A stretch of 64,000 nucleotides of DNA, taken from contig CAWEMM010000006.1 of the NCBI GenBank assembly GCA_963810095.1, forward strand, positions 1,792,001-1,856,000. The letters are read 5' to 3'. The DNA is from an uncultured Chloroflexia bacterium. GTDB lineage: Bacteria; Chloroflexota; Anaerolineae; CG2-30-64-16. Below, in pieces: positions 29,950 through 38,987 of this stretch. The position numbers and the translations under genes were made by a program. The first letter of the stretch is position 1. Every line of letters starts with the position of its first letter. The notes beneath the pieces are model-generated. The model searched no databases, had not been told where the DNA came from, and saw nothing but the letters and a program-made list of their open reading frames with translations.

Positions 29950-29986
29950 CGACCGCGCGAAGTAGCCACAGCGCGAAGAAGGAAGC

Positions 29987-31276
29987 ATGGACTTACGCGA
30001 ATTCCTGATGTTGGCAGATCAGGCGGGCTATCTCCTGCGCCATGAGGCGGAGGCGGACCCGTATCTCGAGATCGCGCGCCTCGCACTGGCGAACGACGGC
30101 CGGCCGATGTTGTTCGAGCATGTCAAGGGCAGTCCGTTTCGCGTCGTCGCAGGCGTCTGCTCCGATCGCCGCTATTTCGGGCTGGCGCTCGGCGTCGAAC
30201 CGGACCAGGTCATTTTCCGGCTGGCCGAGGCCCTGGCGCGGCCGCAGGAGCCCCCGCTTGAGTCGTCGGGTCCCTGCCAGGAAGTCGTCATGACCGGGGT
30301 CGACCTGGAGCAAATCCCGTTCCTGACGCACTACGCGGAGGATGGGGGGCCGTATGCCTCGTCGGCGGTCGTCTTCATCAACGACCCGCAGACCGGACGC
30401 AACGCCTCCTATCACCGGCTGCTGCGGCTGGGCAAGGACCGGGTGGCTGCGCGGCTGGTAGAACGCCGGGGAACGGAGACGGCGTGGCGCAACTCGGGGG
30501 AAGGCATTCCCGTAGGGATCTGCATCGGCCTGCCGCTGCACGTGCTGTTGGCTGCGTCGATGGCGCCCGCGCCCGGTACGGACGAGATGACGGTGGCCGA
30601 GGCCTTGGCGCCGACGCCGATGGTGGAGCTTTCGAATGGCGTGCGCGTGCCGGCCGAAGCCGAGTTCGTGCTGGAAGGCTGGATCACGAAGCGGCTGACC
30701 GACGAAGGGCCTTTTGTCGACCTGACGGGCACGTACGACTTTATTCGCCAGCAGCCGGTCATCGAGATCCGGCGGGTGACACACCGTCGCGATGCCATCT
30801 ATCACGCACTGCTGCCCGGCCGTCTCGAACACAAGCTGCTCATGGGCATGCCCAAGGAACCGACGATCTTTGCGGAGGTGAGCAAGGTTGCCCGGTGCCT
30901 CAACGTGAACATCACGCCCGGGGGCGCGTCCTGGCTGCATGCGGTGGTACAGATCGCCAAGGATGCGCCGGATGCCGGCAAACAGGCAATTGCCGCGGCG
31001 TTTCGCGGGCACGGCAGCCTGAAGCACGTCTGGGTGGTGGACGAGGACATCGACCCGTTCGCTCCAAACGACGTCGAGTGGGCGGTGGCGACGCGTTTTC
31101 AGGCCGACCGCGGGCTCGTGGTGCTGACCGACCAGCCGTCGAGTTCGCTCGACCCGTCGGCGCACCATGCGCCCGGGCAGAAGAGCCGCACGGCGAAGAT
31201 GGGCATCGATGCGACGGTGCACTGGGATACTCCGGCCGGCCCGTCGGACCCGCAAGCCTACCGCCGCATCGGCTAG
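29987..31276 (+). CDS. UbiD-family prFMN-dependent decarboxylase; probable trans-anhydromevalonate 5-phosphate decarboxylase
   Basis: NASYHR, EGPFVDLTGTYD, VVDEDID, VEWAVATRFQ, SSLDP, KMGIDAT; directly downstream of mvk. The family call is firm, the substrate is inferred. Confidence 0.85.
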   Translation: MDLREFLMLADQAGYLLRHEAEADPYLEIARLALANDGRPMLFEHVKGSPFRVVAGVCSDRRYFGLALGVEPDQVIFRLAEALARPQEPPLESSGPCQEVVMTGVDLEQIPFLTHYAEDGGPYASSAVVFINDPQTGRNASYHRLLRLGKDRVAARLVERRGTETAWRNSGEGIPVGICIGLPLHVLLAASMAPAPGTDEMTVAEALAPTPMVELSNGVRVPAEAEFVLEGWITKRLTDEGPFVDLTGTYDFIRQQPVIEIRRVTHRRDAIYHALLPGRLEHKLLMGMPKEPTIFAEVSKVARCLNVNITPGGASWLHAVVQIAKDAPDAGKQAIAAAFRGHGSLKHVWVVDEDIDPFAPNDVEWAVATRFQADRGLVVLTDQPSSSLDPSAHHAPGQKSRTAKMGIDATVHWDTPAGPSDPQAYRRIG

Positions 31277-31381
31277 AGACGAAGCGGTAACGTGGACGGC
31301 TTTCTTCCCAGTGAATCCTTTTTGGGCACTATTGCGTAATAGAGAGTATTGGGTAAAGAAGCGAGGATCAAAGGACTTAGC

Positions 31382-32695
31382 ATGGGTGGTCGTAGAAGGC
31401 GGCATGATACGGACTGGGCGCCGCTCGTTTTCATGGGTCTGACGGCTTTGCTGACGATGCTTCGCGAGCGCGAGTCGGCCTTCAACGGGACGGCCGACAC
31501 CGGGCGGGCGTCGCATTTCGACGCGCGCGACGTGTGCCGGGCAGCCCGCGAAGCGCGGCACGAAGCGCGGCGTGAGGCCCATCGGGAGGCACACGAAGCC
31601 CGGCGGGCCGCGGGGCAGCGAGAAGACCCCGGCTCGCTTAAGCCGGTGTTCACGCTCGTCGGGCTCGTCGGCGCTTTTGTCGCGCTTGGCGTCCTGCTGA
31701 CAGTGCTCTCGGCCATCGCCTCCTTCGGCGGCGGCGGTGCGTTTCTGGTGGCGTGCGGTTTCCCGGTCCTCCTGGTCGCGTTCGTCATCTGGATGATCTC
31801 GAAGTCGAAGCAGCCAAAGGCGGCGACGGAGTCAGACCCCTGGACGATGGAGGGGACGTTCCGCGAGGTGGGCGACGCAACACAGGCTGCCGGGGCCGGG
31901 ACAGCGGGCGCGCCCGTCGTTGCCGCTCCGCAGCGCCAGGTGGCGGCGCCGGCCGCGCCCCCGCACCAAGCGCCCGCTCATCACGATGCGCCTTCGCGCC
32001 AGGCCGGCAAGGCGGCCGCCAAGCCCCAGCCCATCCCCGAGCGCCCGGTGCGCTCGCCGGCCGAGTACCGCCAGCGGGCCGTTTCGTACCGGCGTAAGAT
32101 TCAGAGCCTGATCAAGATGCGGCGGCCGGGCCCCATCGCGGACCGCATGACCGACGTGTTGCAGAAGCTCAAGAGCTGGGAAGAGCGGGTGGGCCAGCTG
32201 GCCGACCGCCTGACGCTTTACGAGAAGGACGACCTGATCCAGCGCGACGTGCGTGAGGCGCCGATACACATCGAGCGGCTCCGCCGGCAGCTGGCCCTCG
32301 AAGCCGAGCCCGAGATGCAGCGGCAGATCCAGCGGACGCTGGGGGCCTACGAGGAACAGCAGCGCCAGCTCGAGCTCCTGGCGAAGGTGATGAAGCGTAC
32401 GCGGCTCAACCTCGACGACACGCTTGCGGCGATGGGGACTGTTTACTCACAGCTCCAGGTGCTGAATGCGATGGACATCGACGGCCCGACCGCAGCGCGC
32501 ATCGAGGGCAGCGTCGATCGTGAAGTCGAACGGCTCAACGACCTGGCGACCGCGCTGTCCGAGGTCTACCAGTCGAGCACCGAGGCGCCCCGGCAGACTG
32601 CGGCGGGAACTGGCGCGAGCACAAGCGCGGCCGGCGATGCGGATGGCACTCTGCCCGATCGCAAAACCCGGTTGAGCGACAGCGCGGCGGGTTAG
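31382..32695 (+). CDS. Hypothetical membrane protein (TM hairpin, Pro/Ala linker, long coiled-coil domain)
   Basis: Long ORF with GC-rich third positions; hydrophobic segments and a heptad-rich C-terminus. Confidence 0.75.
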   Translation: MGGRRRRHDTDWAPLVFMGLTALLTMLRERESAFNGTADTGRASHFDARDVCRAAREARHEARREAHREAHEARRAAGQREDPGSLKPVFTLVGLVGAFVALGVLLTVLSAIASFGGGGAFLVACGFPVLLVAFVIWMISKSKQPKAATESDPWTMEGTFREVGDATQAAGAGTAGAPVVAAPQRQVAAPAAPPHQAPAHHDAPSRQAGKAAAKPQPIPERPVRSPAEYRQRAVSYRRKIQSLIKMRRPGPIADRMTDVLQKLKSWEERVGQLADRLTLYEKDDLIQRDVREAPIHIERLRRQLALEAEPEMQRQIQRTLGAYEEQQRQLELLAKVMKRTRLNLDDTLAAMGTVYSQLQVLNAMDIDGPTAARIEGSVDREVERLNDLATALSEVYQSSTEAPRQTAAGTGASTSAAGDADGTLPDRKTRLSDSAAG

Positions 32696-32706
32696 CTTCA
32701 AAGTCG

Positions 32707-32737
32707 GACCTTCGAGGTTTGGGGAACCTCGAAGGTC
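32707..32737. repeat. REP-like palindrome
   Basis: GACCTTCGAGGTT-TGGGG-AACCTCGAAGGTC, perfect 13-bp arms. Confidence 0.75.
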
Positions 32738-32759
32738 TTCTCGTTGGGGAGAGCATACG

Positions 32760-33360
32760 ATGCCCGCAGAACTGACCCTGCGCACGTTCATTGCCATCGA
32801 GCTGGACGAGCTGGCGCGCGACGGGCTGGCGCGTGTCCAATCCAAGTTCAAGAAGCAGGCGCCGGATGGCAGCATCAGATGGGTAAACCCTGAATCGATC
32901 CACCTCACGCTCAAATTCCTGGGCGACACCCCGGTCACGAAGATCAGCAAAGTGGCGGACGCGCTCGGCCGCGGCTTGCCAGGGCATCCCGGAGTTCGAC
33001 ATTTCTTTCGAGGGCCGCGGGTGCTTCCCGAACACCCGGCGGCCGCGCGTGATCTGGGTTGCGGTGCGCGACCTGAGCGGCTCGAGCCTCACGCGCCTGC
33101 AAGCAGCCGTCGAAGAGAGGGTGTCGCCGCTGGGATTCCCGACCGAAGAGCGGGGTTTTTCGCCGCACCTGACGCTCGGCCGCGTCGGGCGTTCTGCCAG
33201 TCCTCAGGCCGAGGCTGCGATCGGGCAGATGGTCGAGAAGTCGGTGGTGGAGCAAATCGCCGTGCTGCATGTGGGGGCCGTGCATCTCATCAAGAGCGAT
33301 CTGCGACCCACAGGACCGGTATACACCCAGTTGGCGACCGTGGCGTTAAGGAGTACGTAA
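32760..33360 (+). CDS. thpR: RNA 2',3'-cyclic phosphodiesterase (2H family); frameshift near 32968
   Basis: RTFIAI, HLTLKFLG in the first frame; PHLTLGR, SDLRPTGPVY in the second frame. Confidence 0.92.
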
Positions 33361-33365
33361 GCAAA

Positions 33366-33400
33366 AGCCCTCCGAGGTCTTCCGCAGACCGGAGAGGGCT
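33366..33400. repeat. REP-like palindrome / terminator between convergent genes
   Basis: AGCCCTCCGAGGTCT-TCCGC-AGACCGGAGAGGGCT. Confidence 0.6.
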
Positions 33401-33421
33401 CGGTGCGGGGCGCAGCCCGTG

Positions 33422-34849
33422 CTACGATTGTCCCGGCAGCTCCAGGACGCGTTCGCTGCCTTCGATCTGCGCGCTCGGTGGCGCCTCAACAGCGTTTGCG
33501 TCTCTAAGCTCAGAACCGGCGCCGGCCGGCGGAAACTGCCCCGCGCGCCGGGGCTTGAGCAGCAGCACTGCGACCGCCAGCGGAGCGAGGACCAGCCAGG
33601 CCGCGAAAAACCCGAACAGCACCAGGCTTGCCCCCCCCACCAACTGCGCCTGCAGCTGGAGCGGGAAATCGGGGCGATACCCCGACGCGGGCAGCAGCCC
33701 TGTGACGCCCTGGCCGGCCACCCGCAAGTACTCGCCCACGCCGATGCCGTTCCAACCCGCGCCAGCACTCCCATCCGCCAGCAAGCCGACCGCGGCCAGC
33801 CCCATGAGGCCCCCGACTCCGTGAACCATGAGCGCGGCCGTTGGGTCGTCCCAGCGGAGCACCCGGTCGAAGATGAAGACGATGATGGGGGTCAGCAGCC
33901 CAAGCAGCGCGCCCAACGCGAATGCGGCCCAGGTGGCGACAAAGGGAGCCGCTGCCAGGCTCGCTACGACGGCCGCGCCCACGGCTCGCGCCCCCATGAG
34001 CGGGTCGGGCCGGCCCGCGACGAGCCAGGTATAGCCGACGGACAGCAGCGCGGCGCCGGCGGCGGCCACGAGGGTGTTCAGGAGCGCCCGCTGTAACTCG
34101 AACTGGCCCACGACGAGCGGGTTGGCATTCAGCCAGGGTGCCAGCGCCACGAAGAGCACGCCGACGCCGAGGAGGCTTAGTACGGGGAACGTTGCTTTGG
34201 GAAGGGGAGTGACCTCACCGGCCGTGTGGCGCGGCCGGCGGGGCAGGAAGACAAGCACGCCAGCCAGCGCGACGGCCGCGCCCAGCAGGTTGACCAGGCC
34301 CGCGCCGCCTACGTCGACCACGCCATGCGCCAGCCCGAGGTTGGCACCGAGGTTGGCCAGCCAGCCCCCGCCCCAGATCCAGTTGCCCGCGACGGGATAG
34401 ATCACCGCGCCGACGAGGAAGCCGAGCAAGACGGTGGCCCAGCCGGGAATGCGGCCGCGCAGGGCCATCACCGGGATCAGCGCGGCCATGACGACCATGG
34501 GCAGGTTTGCGAGCGCAAGCGTGCGGGCGGCAGGTGTCGCTGCGGCCCCAGCCAGCAGCCAGCCGGCGAGCCCCGCCATGCCCCAGCCCGATCCCCACGT
34601 TACGCCCAGGGCCGACCATTCCCAGATCAGGCCGTCGTAGCCGGGGAGTTCGTGCGCGAGCCCGACGCCGCCATACTGAAGCGCGAAGCCTGTGATAACA
34701 TAGCCTGCGACGGCCAATCCAAGCGCCGCCAGGAAGGCAACCGCTCCGGCTCGCGCCTGGTCGCGCGAGAGGCCGCTTGCGCCGATCAGCGCGTATCCAA
34801 TGGGCAACAAGAACGCGAGGCCGAGCGTCAAGAGGGGTGGTTCGGACAT
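33422..34849 (-). CDS. Divergent ammonium transporter (Amt/Mep/Rh) family protein
   Basis: About 11 hydrophobic segments; YPVAGNWIWGGGWL, VDVGGAGLVN, NTLVAAAG, WDDPTAALMVHGVGG, QLQAQLVG. Confidence 0.85.
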   Translation of the reverse strand: MSEPPLLTLGLAFLLPIGYALIGASGLSRDQARAGAVAFLAALGLAVAGYVITGFALQYGGVGLAHELPGYDGLIWEWSALGVTWGSGWGMAGLAGWLLAGAAATPAARTLALANLPMVVMAALIPVMALRGRIPGWATVLLGFLVGAVIYPVAGNWIWGGGWLANLGANLGLAHGVVDVGGAGLVNLLGAAVALAGVLVFLPRRPRHTAGEVTPLPKATFPVLSLLGVGVLFVALAPWLNANPLVVGQFELQRALLNTLVAAAGAALLSVGYTWLVAGRPDPLMGARAVGAAVVASLAAAPFVATWAAFALGALLGLLTPIIVFIFDRVLRWDDPTAALMVHGVGGLMGLAAVGLLADGSAGAGWNGIGVGEYLRVAGQGVTGLLPASGYRPDFPLQLQAQLVGGASLVLFGFFAAWLVLAPLAVAVLLLKPRRAGQFPPAGAGSELRDANAVEAPPSAQIEGSERVLELPGQS

Positions 34850-34871
34850 ACTGCCTATGGTATCACAGGAA

Positions 34872-35426
34872 ATGGCCGGCTCGCAATTTGCGCCGCACGG
34901 CGAGTCGCCGCCGCGCCTGATCGTCGACGCCATGCTGGGCAAGCTCGTCCGGTGGCTGCGCCTCGCCGGCTATGACGCGACGTTCTGGCGCGAAGGGACC
35001 GACGAGGCCCTCATGGTCAGCGCGCGTGAACAGGACCGTCTGATCCTGACGAAAGACCACGCCCTGGCGGGCCGGCGCGGGGTACAAGCCGTGCTGATTA
35101 ACGCCGACGACGTTGACGCGCAGCTCTACGAGGCGCGCTTGGAACTTCAGCAGCGCGGCCGCGTGCCCGAGCCCTTTACCCGGTGCGTGGAGTGCAACGG
35201 CCTCGTCGCCGATTTGCCACATGCCGGTGCCGAAGGGCTGGTGCCGCCCTACGTCTGGCACACCCAGTCCGAATTCCGCCGTTGCTCCGACTGCGGCCGC
35301 GTTTACTGGAAGGGGACGCACTGGCCCAGCATCCGGAGGCGGCTCGCCGGCCCGGGCGCTGCCGAGCCGGGGCACGCGGATCGCCGCGAGAAGCGGTCTT
35401 ATCACGACGAAGGCGAGGGACCTTGA
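34872..35426 (+). CDS. Mut7-C RNase domain protein (PIN fold + zinc ribbon)
   Basis: VDAMLGKLVRWLRLAGYDA, LILTKD, RCVECN, CSDCGRVYWKGTHW. Confidence 0.92.
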   Translation: MAGSQFAPHGESPPRLIVDAMLGKLVRWLRLAGYDATFWREGTDEALMVSAREQDRLILTKDHALAGRRGVQAVLINADDVDAQLYEARLELQQRGRVPEPFTRCVECNGLVADLPHAGAEGLVPPYVWHTQSEFRRCSDCGRVYWKGTHWPSIRRRLAGPGAAEPGHADRREKRSYHDEGEGP

Positions 35427-37313
35427 AACGCTTCAGAGGGGACGGGCCCTGGGCGCTGGCGCTGGGGGCGGCAGCTTTCGTCCTGTATGCCATCACGGCG
35501 CCGCCGTCGGTCGCCACGGTCTTTGACGACAGCCTCGAGTTTCACGTCGTGCTGCCCACGCTCGGCATCGCACACCCCAGCGGCTACCCGCTGTATACCT
35601 TGCTCGGCAAGGGTGCGACGCTGCTCATCCCCTTCCGAGACGCAGCCGGCCGTGCGAACCTGTTGTCGGCGCTGTTTGCGGGCGCCGCAGTGGCGATGCT
35701 GTTTCTGGTGGCACGCAGATTCGCCGGAAGCCGCCCCGCCGCAGCTAGCGCGGCGGGCGTGTTCGCGCTCTCGGCCACGTGGTGGTCGCAGGCCACCCTG
35801 GCCGAAGTTTACGCGCTGCACGCGCTGCTGGTGGGCGTCTTCCTGTACTGCTTGCTGCGTTGGGAGGAGGCTCGGTTGGCGGCGGGCCGGTCAGGTCCTG
35901 GCCGGGCCGACCGCTGGCTGTGGGTTGCGGCCTTCACTTGCGGCCTGGGGCTGGCGCACCATCGCATGATTGCCCTGCTGCTGCCCGCGGCCCTGGTCTT
36001 CATCTTCTGGACCGATCCCGGCCTGCTGCGGCAGCCGCGGCGTTGGTTCGCACCGATCGTGCTCGGGTTGGCGCCGCTGTTGTTCTATCTCTATTTGCCG
36101 CTGCGCGGCCGGTCGGTGTCGTCCCTCGACGGGACATATCAAGCGACGCTGCAGGGGACCATCGACTGGATCACCGCCCGCGGCTATAGCATCTTCCTGA
36201 CCGGCAACCCCTTCAATATTGAACGCCGGTGGAACGATTATCTGGCAATCTTCCTTAACGAACTCGGCGGCATTGCCCTGGTCATCGCGGTGCTGGGCCT
36301 CAGCACGGCGTTTCAGTTCCGTGGCCGGCGGGCAGTCTTCTTGCTCATCGCCACGCTGACGCAGATTGCGTTTGGGGCCGCGTACAAGGTCCAGGACGTC
36401 AACGTCTTCTTTATCCCCGCGTTCATGCTCGTCTGTATCTGGGTGGCGATCGGCTTGGCGCCCATGTTCGACCGCATGACCCAGGGCGCGGCGCACGCGA
36501 CCTGGGCGCTGCATGTGCCGCACCAGTTCCGGCAAGTGGTGCTCCTGGCCTGGCTGGTGCCGGTGGCGGCGGTCGTACTATTCGAGCCGGTGCGTCTCAG
36601 CATCAAGGAGTGGCCCCAGCGGAACCGCAGCAGCGATTGGGAGGTTTACGACGCCGGACGGTCGACGATCGAAGCCCCTGCGGCGGGCGGGCGAATCGTG
36701 GGCCTGGGCGGCGAGGTGACCTTGGCGCAGTACTTTCGCGACGTTCTGGGCCAACGTCCCGACCTGGAACTGACGCGCGCCGACGGAGAGTCCGAGCGGT
36801 ACGCGGCCATCGAAACCGCGCTCGCTGCTGGCCAGCCCGTTTACCTGACGCGCGACCTGCCGGGTGCGGCGCAGCGCTACAGCCTGGATGCGGCCGGGCC
36901 GCTGATCCGGGTCAGCGCGAAGGAGCAGGTCGAGGCGGCGCCGGCGGGTGGGGAGGCGCTGGGCCCGTTGCGCTTGCTCGACGCAGTCGCTGCAGCCGCT
37001 GCCGGCCCACGGACTGGCGGCCCGGGTGAGCCTGGGCTGGACTGCACCGCAACCCGTGGGCGAGGAACTAAAAGTGTCTGCTCGCCTGCTCAACGCGGCC
37101 GGGGAGGTCGTGGCCGCGCAGGACGCTGCCCCGGTCCATTTTGCCTACCCCACCACCGCGTGGGTTGCAGGGGAAGAAGTGGACGACGCGTACGACCTGC
37201 GGCTGCCGGGTGATGCGGTGCCCGGCGACTACACAGCCCTCGTGATCCTCTACCGGGCGGCGGACGGCAGCGAGGTTGGGCGCACGACGCTCGGGCCGGT
37301 CAGGCTGCAATAG
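35423..37313 (+). CDS. DUF2723 / TMEM260-like GT-C membrane glycosyltransferase; frameshift near 36987
   Basis: DSLEF, LGIAHPSGYPLY, WSQATLAEVYAL, GLAHH, YLYLPLR; C-terminal soluble domain in the second frame. Confidence 0.85.
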
Positions 37314-37339
37314 GCACGAGCGGTCCTTTTCAAGTCAGT

Positions 37340-38163
37340 CTACAGCCAGCGCTCGAACCATTCCACGGCATCGTCGAGCATCAGGTCGGTCAGCACGTGG
37401 CCGAGCGGGTAGACGTTCCACTTGAGCAGATCGGGCTGCGAGGCGTATGCGGGGCGCAGGCTCCGCAGCCAGTGCAGCACGTAGTATTTCGGCTGGTCCG
37501 TGTCGAAGTCACCGTTCATGATCAACAAGGGCCTGGGTGGGAGCGCCGGCAGCCGTCCGGCCGGATCTGCCGCTGGAATCCACGCGGTGCGCCGGGCCGT
37601 CTCGTTCCGCACCCCGTCGATCGCCGCGCCCCAGTCCGGGTTGCTCCACGCCGACTCGTCCAGCACATCCTGCCAGCGCTGTTGGAACGTGGGGAGGCCC
37701 ATCATGGGGACCGCGGCCTTCAGCGCCGGAATGTCGGCCAGCGCGAGAAAGCTGGTGTAGCCCCCTTGCGAATGGCCGGTGACGCCCGCTCGGCCGGTGT
37801 CCAAGCGCGAGTCGTGTGCGAAGTGGGCGAGCAGCGCGCCGATGTCGGCCGACGACTGGCGGATGCAGCTCAGGAAGTTGAGATAGATGTCGAGCCCCGC
37901 CTCGCGGGGAAAGATGCCTCCGAGTTCGAGCTCGTAGGCCCGGTCGAGGTGCGGATCGTAGCGTTCGCCGTGGTGCAGCGGGTCGAAGCTGATGCACGCC
38001 ATGCCGCGCCGTCCCAGGCGATAGGCGAGGCTTAGGCAGGCTTCTTCGTCCCCCCGTAGCCGGGCACGCAGAACACGACGGGGCAACCCTTTGCTCCGAA
38101 GGGCAATGCCAGCAGCGTGGGCACTTCCCCAACGTGCAGCGTTTCAATCGTCAGGCCGTTCAT
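37340..38163 (-). CDS. Alpha/beta-hydrolase (esterase, YjfP-like); frameshift near 38045
   Basis: HGER, nucleophile motif GHSQGG, NGDFD, terminal GH; the N-terminus MNGLTIET is in another frame. Confidence 0.85.
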
Positions 38164-38948
38164 GCTGCAGGAGCTCCGAGCAGCGCGATGATCTCGTCTT
38201 TGAGCGCCGCGTTGGTCGCAAGGCCCTCGCCCGAGTGGTTCGTCGGGTTCCCGCGCCAATCTCCGAAATAGCCGCCCGCTTCCTGCAGGATGGGCACAAA
38301 CGGGCCGCAATCCCAGGAGTTCATGATCGGGTCGAGCATGGCCTCCAGGCGGCCGGTGGCGACGAGGAGATAGCCGTAGGCATCGGTCCAGCCCACCCGG
38401 GCATAGCTGCGGCGCATCAAGCGGTCCCACGATGCGGCCCTTCCGTACGTTTCGAAGTTGCCGAAGTCGGAGCACGATACGTAAGCCCGGCCCAACTCAG
38501 ACACGGTCGACACGCGGCACGGCCGGCCGTTCCAGTAACACCCGGCACCTGATGCGGCTGCGAGCATCTCGTCGGTCCCCGGATAGTACGCTGCGCCTAC
38601 CACGGGCATTCCTTCAAGTTCGAGCCCGATCAGGACGCCGTAGAGCGGTACGCCCCGGATGAAGGAGCGTGTGCCGTCGATGGGGTCCACGAACCAGCGG
38701 TAGGTTGCGCCCTCGGTTTCTTTCACGCCATACTCTTCGCCGACGATCGCGTGGGCGGGGAATTGCTTTTCGATACGCCCCCGGATGAACTCCTCTGACA
38801 GCTTATCGGCAACCGTGACGGGAGATTCGTCCGCTTTGAACTCGGGGCGGACGCCCGTGCCGAAATAACCGAGCGTGATGCGGCCGGCCAGGTACGCGGT
38901 CTCTGCCGCAAAGTCCATCAGGTGCCGGAACTCCGTAGGTCGCGTCAT
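38160..38948 (-). CDS. Inositol monophosphatase family protein, likely histidinol-phosphate phosphatase (HisN-type)
   Basis: KADESPVTVAD, GEE, WFVDPIDGT, NSWD. Confidence 0.85.
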   Translation of the reverse strand: MTRPTEFRHLMDFAAETAYLAGRITLGYFGTGVRPEFKADESPVTVADKLSEEFIRGRIEKQFPAHAIVGEEYGVKETEGATYRWFVDPIDGTRSFIRGVPLYGVLIGLELEGMPVVGAAYYPGTDEMLAAASGAGCYWNGRPCRVSTVSELGRAYVSCSDFGNFETYGRAASWDRLMRRSYARVGWTDAYGYLLVATGRLEAMLDPIMNSWDCGPFVPILQEAGGYFGDWRGNPTNHSGEGLATNAALKDEIIALLGAPAA

Positions 38949-38987
38949 CTTGTCCTCTCTTTTTCACTGCGCAGCAGCCAGCCCTGG

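Noticed and set aside
25855-31594. Long antisense ORFs (e.g. 25855..27303, 29993..31594; also 1759..2979 and 46647..47915)
   Set aside because: Expected mirror frames of high-GC coding genes, with no recognisable motifs.
34872-35426. Mut7-C/PIN gene as a toxin-antitoxin toxin
   Set aside because: No adjacent antitoxin ORF; standalone Mut7-C genes are common.
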